A stretch of DNA of 64,000 nucleotides from contig CM022676.1 in assembly GCA_012295275.1 (NCBI GenBank), forward strand, positions 9,362,001 through 9,426,000, written 5' to 3'. Of the stretch, positions 57,881-64,000 are shown one piece after another. Under the pieces are notes generated by a model. The model worked only from the letters and a program-made list of their open reading frames with translations, was not told where the DNA came from and made no database searches. A program made the translations under genes and the position numbers. The stretch is from Chrysomallon squamiferum. Taxonomy: Eukaryota; Animalia; Mollusca. How positions within the stretch are numbered: position 1 is the stretch's first letter; each line of letters begins with the position of its first letter.

Positions 57881-58963
57881 TGATTGTTATGATTGATGGT
57901 AAGTGTGGTGTCAGTGTTTTCGTGTTTGTTGTTCGTATTGCTGAGTTTTTATTTTTATGTTTTTTCTGATTAATTTGCTAATGTGTATGATTAAATGTTG
58001 TTGATTATTGATTTAAAAAAAAAAAAAAATAACATTTCCTTTGATGTGGGTGTGGGTGATTGTAATAATTAAAAAGTGATTGATTAATTGCTGGCATGAT
58101 GTCTGGCTCGTTAACCTTGTATCAATAACAGGTTATTTCTTTTAGAAATTTGAATGATATTTCAGGTGTTTAGGATAATGCTTTAAAAAACCAGACTGTA
58201 TTGAAAATGGCCAGATAACAGTTTGATATTATATATATATATATATATTTGTGTTTGTGTGTTTGTGTATGTGTATATTTTCATTATTAATTTTTTAATT
58301 ACTGTTGTTGTTGTTTATAAAAATATAGAAAATAAAGAAAAAAATAAAAAATAAAAAATAAAAAAATAAAAATAAATAAATAAAGAAAACAAAAATATAC
58401 ACAAAATCATTTTTTTTTTTATGACCCACCCCACCCTATAACCATTAATATCAAAATTTTACCCATTCATCATTTAAACAAACACACACACACACCACCC
58501 TCTCTCTTATTATTACCGAAAAATAAACTATCACCATGGCAACCATCTACATCCTGGCTTTCTCTGTGGACTCCCTCATTTTAAAAGATTCTCATTTCAA
58601 ACTCTCTTTATTAAAATAAAATCTCTCACCCACACTCCCTGTTGGTGAGAAAAAGATCACAGAGCTGTCATCACTAGGAAGCCATTACAGCTGTTCTTTA
58701 TTACATTTCCTCCCTCTTCTAACAGCTCCGCAGTGTCCCTGACTGGGAGAGAAATATGTGACCAATTCTTTACATGTGTAGAAACATCTGTGCTGTTGTT
58801 TGTGTGTGAATGGAAAAACTGAGACAAGTGTTAAAGAGATACTAAAATTTCATATTGATGTGAGAGAGAAACAAAAATAAAAAATATATATGTATATATA
58901 TATCTGTCAGGTTTCAGTTTGTAGTTTATGGCCTTTGTCTGTAGGCTTAGTTTTATATATATT

Positions 58964-58995
<32 letters not shown>

Positions 58996-59355
58996 CACAC
59001 ATATAATATATAGGTATACACACACACACACACATACATTTATATTTATATATATACACACACACACACACATATATTTATATATATATATATATATATA
59101 TATACTCACACACACATACACACATTTTATATATATATATATACACACACACATGCATATGAACATATGTATAAACAGTTATGTATAATTTATATATATA
59201 TATATACACACACATTCATACATACAATACCTTTCTAAATCTATTCATAATATTCAATATCTAGGCAATATTTATGAACTGTTTTTTTTGTTTGTTTTTT
59301 TAAACAGAAGCTCTATGACATGTTATATCAGTTGTTTTACTGATAACAAAAAATT

Positions 59356-59590
59356 GTCATAATTCTAAATCCTTATATTTCACTTACATTGTATCTGTTC
59401 TTTTACAGATACATTTTTTAAAAAGTCATAATTCAAAATCCTTATATTTCACTTACATTGCATCTGTTGTTTTAAAGATAATTTTTTAAAAAGTCATAAT
59501 TCTAAATCCTTATATTTCACTTACATTGTATCTGTCCTTTTACAGATCAATTTTTTAAAACGTCATAATTCAAAAACCCCTTTACATTTC
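59356..59590. repeat. 68-69-bp tandem repeat, about 3.3 copies
   Basis: GTCATAATTCWAAATCCTTATATTTCACTTACATTGYATCTGT units start at 59356, 59425 and 59493; a partial copy starts at 59562. Confidence 0.9.
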
Positions 59591-59661
59591 CCCTTTTCCC
59601 TTCTACCCTCTACATCTGTCCCTTATCATCAGCATCACAGGCAATATTTATCAAGTGTATA

Positions 59662-59693
<32 letters not shown>

Positions 59694-59907
59694 CACTAGT
59701 CCTATACGAAAGGTTACAGTTGTTGTTTTAAGGTTAACAGAAAGAGAAACGTCTATTCCACGTGATGTGTTGTTGTTAGTAATGAGACTCCAACTAGGCA
59801 GAACATAACAGAAATATCAAAATGTCAGATATTCGCCACTTCCCCCCCCCCCCCCCCCACAAATAGCCCACATGTGTAGTATACCCGTGGTATCACACAC
59901 ATGGTGT

Positions 59908-60645
59908 GTGGTTACGATACAGCTCAAGCCTGATTATAAAACACTTAGCATGTTTGCAGCAGGCTCTGAATGGTTATAGTGTACGTAGTAGGGGATGTGG
60001 TTACGGGAAGGTGCCAAAGTGGTTACCGATAGGGCTGAGATAGTTACAACTACTGCTGATGTGGTTACAGTTAAGACGGCTGTTATTGTAAAAAACAGTT
60101 AGCATGGTTACTGAGTGGTGGTTACATGGTTACAGTGGGCCCAAAGTGGTTACAATACTCCTAGGTTGGTTACATTTCAGCTGATGTGCTTATAACAGAG
60201 ACAGCATGGTTAAAGTAGGCATTGAGTGGTTACAATACAGCTAGCATGGTTACTATATATATAAAATGGTTACAATACAGCTAACATGGTTACTATATGC
60301 ATAAAATGGTTACAGTACAGCTAGCATGGTTACTATATATATAAAATGGTTACAGTACATCTTACATTGTTACAGTAGGCAGAAAGGTCAGTATAGTTGC
60401 AGTGGTTATTATTCAGCTATGGTTACAATATACACAGAGTGGTTACAATGTAATTAACTTGGTTGCAGAAGGTACAGACTGGTTACAATGCATCATACAT
60501 GATTACAAGTGGTTATGATTTGGCTAGTATGGTTACAACTGACAGAGAAAAAGAGATGTTACAATACAGTTATCATGGTTATGGTACATATGCTATGCTT
60601 AGAATATGCCCAACAATGCTTACAGAAGGCAAAAAGAGGTTACAA
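59908..60645. repeat. Degenerate 20-bp-period minisatellite with conserved (T)GGTTAC core
   Basis: The core recurs every 20 bp from about 60146 to 60366, with a 40-bp dimer ATGGTTACARTACAGCTAGC/ATGGTTACTATATATATAAA, and approximately so on both sides. Confidence 0.8.
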
Positions 60646-60697
60646 TACAGTCAGTATAGTAGCAGTAGGCAGACAGTGTATGATGTATGTATACTTT

Positions 60698-60826
60698 GTA
60701 TTACACTGTATAACAGTTTGTATTACATTGTATAATAGTTTGATTTACACTGTAAAACAGTTTATATTACATTGATCATAGTTTATATTACATTGTATAA
60801 CAGTTTGTATTACACTGTATCAAACT
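60698..60826. repeat. 22-bp minisatellite, about 6 copies
   Basis: GTATTACAYTGTATAACAGTTT units. Confidence 0.85.
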
Positions 60827-61339
60827 ATTAATACTTAGTATTACAAAAAATGTAATCAGTTCTGTTATCAGTGTAACACAAATTATTATTTTAAATATAA
60901 AAACATACAGAAATATCGCTTTTAATGTTTAAGCACTGAAAATTAGCTCGTTTTCTACGATCAAAGTGTTAAACACAAAAATCCCCCATGATTAGAATTG
61001 CAGAGAAGGTGAAGACAAAATGGCTGTAAATCTCAAATCAGAAAGCACTGTCGTCATTAGCAACGAAGAGCGGGTAACTCTAAGATGTGTTAAAACTATT
61101 TATTTTTTGCTTAAACGTAACTGTTTTTTTGCACATTCCTGTTGTTTTTGCTGGTGGAAAAGAGATTGTCAGATATGATGTATGAATTGTTTTATTGCTC
61201 TCTGTAATAAGTTAATGTATAAATGTATATATATATATATGTAGATAGATGCGATGGCATATGGTAATGTATATTGTGTTTGTGTAAAATGTTGTGTTAG
61301 TTGTTTTATTGCATTTTGTAGTGCCTTTCAAGTTACGTC

Positions 61340-61361
61340 TGTGTATATGTATATGTGTGTG

Positions 61362-61392
<31 letters not shown>

Positions 61393-61425
61393 TTGAGTGT
61401 GTGTGTGTTTGAGTGTGTGTGTGTT

Positions 61426-61459
<34 letters not shown>

Positions 61460-61462
61460 GAC

Positions 61463-61511
<49 letters not shown>

Positions 61512-61814
61512 AGAGAGTAATAATATACATAACATATATAGATAGATTGATATAGATAGATACATAGATAGATAGACAGATATATAGATAGATAGATAGA
61601 CAGATAGATAGATAGGTAGTCTGTCTGTCTATGTATCAATCAGATAGAGAGAAATAAACTGATATACAAAAAGAATCTACACAAGGAAAACTGACTTTGT
61701 CAATAGAATTCATATCCATATAAATTGAGAATGAGTGAGATTAACAGAGAAAAGAAGAGACAGACAGACAGACAGATATAGTAGCAGTGAAGGAGAGAAA
61801 TAATATGGAGAGAA

Positions 61815-61901
<87 letters not shown>

Positions 61902-62739
61902 AATAGAGAGAGACTGAGAGACTGAGAGAGAGACAGAGACTGAGAGAGACAGAGAGACTGAGAGAGACTGAGAGAGACAGAGAAAGACTGAGAGAGACTG
62001 AGAGATAGAGAAAAAAAGAGAGAGAAAGAGAGAGACACAGAGACACAGAGAGAGAGAGAGAAAAGACAGATGAAGAAACAAAGAAATAAACAAACAAACG
62101 AAAGAGAAAATGAGAAAGAAAGAGACAGATGGGGAGACACAGAAAGTCTTACGAAAAATGTTTTAACAAATGTAACTTGAGCTATTATACAATCTCCGTT
62201 CAGCAGTTTTAACTGCAATGCATGCTGGGACAGGTCTACTTCCCAAAAACGGACAAACAAATCTTTTCCAGAATAATATTTCTCCTTTATCACATTCTCT
62301 CTCTCTCGTTTCTACTTCATTATTTTTAATGTCGAAACATTTTTTATATTTTTTTATTACCAAAACACAGACGTCGAATAAACACGCTGACAAAAACAAT
62401 GACAGAATGGACTGTGGGGTGAACGTCGTCATTCACATTAGCATCGGCATTGTGACGGCAGAGACATAAACATCTTCTGCTCTCTGCTCTCATTGTGCGA
62501 TGTTCAGGCGGCATAAAACGCGCGGCATAAAATAAATCGTGAGCACGAAGTCCTCAGCGATTCTGCATCTCGAAACGGCATCAAGAAGTGACGGCATGGG
62601 GTCGCGGCGAATTTGTGGTCAGCGACCCGTGACCTGGCACAGTTCGGCTTGACTGAGCATGCGACCAACCATGAACTGTGGTTTGGTGTGATGTTGTGTG
62701 GGTGTATGTGTGTTCGTATGAAATGTAAGACTGAAGGAG

Positions 62740-62785
<46 letters not shown>

Positions 62786-63276
62786 ATCTTGATGATCATC
62801 ATGATCATGATGATAAGTGATGATGATAGTCAATGATGATGATGATGTTGATATGATGCCATAATATGATGGCGATGATGATGGCAATGAAGATGATGAT
62901 GATGATAAATATGATAATGATGGTGATGATAATGAAGAGAGTGGTGATGGTGATATGATGATTTTGTTGCTGATAGCAGCAATGATGACTGTGATGATGA
63001 TAGTGATAATAACGAAGACAATGATGTGATAATGGTAATGGCAATAATGATAATAAAGACAATGGTGAAGATGATGTTGTTGATGACAGAATAATAATAA
63101 AAATAAAATTGAAATCAGAATGTGAAAAAGAAAGATTATAATAATAGAGAGAAAGTACAGAAAGAAAGAATATGGATGGACAGAAGGACAGCTTCATAAG
63201 AGTTTTATATTAGCTAGTGTGTGTAAGAGAAAAAGCAGAGGTTTTTAAATTTATTTGTAAATTTGCATGTACAGAC

Positions 63277-63365
<89 letters not shown>
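61340..63365. repeat. Cluster of (TG)n, (AG)n, (GATA)n and (GAT)n microsatellites flanking the CpG-rich island
   Basis: About 61340-61620, 61820-62060, 62740-63085 and 63280-63365. Confidence 0.85.
62370..62700. promoter_or_regulatory. CpG-rich island (candidate enhancer or promoter)
   Basis: About 25 CpG in 300 bp within a strongly CpG-poor window; no convincing reading frame. Confidence 0.45.
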
Positions 63366-63367
<2 letters not shown>

Positions 63368-64000
63368 AAACAGAACATCTTTTAATAAAACTCATGCACT
63401 GTATAATTACTTTATTCAGTTGTTATTATCATCACATTTTTTTTTAAATAAAATGTATCAGTTTAAAAATATTTTCCCTTCAATTTTTATCATCATAATT
63501 AATTATCAATAGTACTCTTACTATTGTTATTTTTTTTTTAAGGAAAACAGTGAAAAAAAAACAACAAAAAACAACGAAAGAATGCAGAAAAAATGAAAGC
63601 CTGTCCAATTTAAATTCCATCACCATGCATGACACCATATACACAGAAAGACTGGTACACTCACTATACTTAATATCATACACGCATGGATACCAGCATA
63701 GACTGGTAATCTCAAAATTGTACCCATGAAGGCATTGACCATTAAACTACAGTTTCAAATTACCCCTCATCTCTTTTTCTTTCTTCTTTTCTCTGTTTTA
63801 TTTTTTATCCTCCTCCAGGAGTAGGAGAGGGGAGGGGAGGGAGGGTGACACAGAAACCAGTGTGGTAGGCCGATACATTATACCGTAATTGACTGGTTTG
63901 GTGTACACACTAGACTGGTTTATGACTGCCGTTCCTGTAATTCTGGTATCAGTTTAATCAAAATGGCTGCCACAGGGCTTTGAGAAGTATCAAGATTACT

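Noticed and set aside
62504-62887. Minus-strand ORF across the CpG island as a coding exon
   Set aside because: Half of it is (ATC)n repeat, the remainder has no recognisable motif, and no clear splice sites flank it.

Overview
Eukaryotic, very AT-rich, microsatellite-saturated DNA. The composition resembles an octopod cephalopod or other mollusc (inference only). I recognise no prokaryotic features, CRISPR array, rRNA, tRNA or intact transposon. Essentially all ORFs in the track are artefacts of (TG)n, (TATG)n, (AG)n, (AAT)n and poly-A tracts. The only reasonable coding signal is a 58-nt minus-strand exon (19925-19868) encoding a signal-peptide-like N-terminus (MDMSWNTCILMILTSLLIT) followed by a consensus CAG|GTAAGT donor. 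It suggests a secreted or membrane-protein gene whose long first intron runs leftwards. The rest looks like a large cis-regulatory landscape: short complex-sequence islands between simple repeats, several carrying homotypic motif arrays. These are about 20 CAGGTR sites around the exon, five co-oriented CTCF-like sites at about 68-bp spacing, six helically phased SOX+CCAAT units, RFX X-boxes, inverted TCF pairs and a GGTTAC array with 20-bp period. There is also a pre-miRNA-like hairpin (6403-6457) and a 16-nt intronic sequence exactly complementary to the exon's splice donor. All counts and coordinates were read by eye, and the gene's identity cannot be determined from this window.
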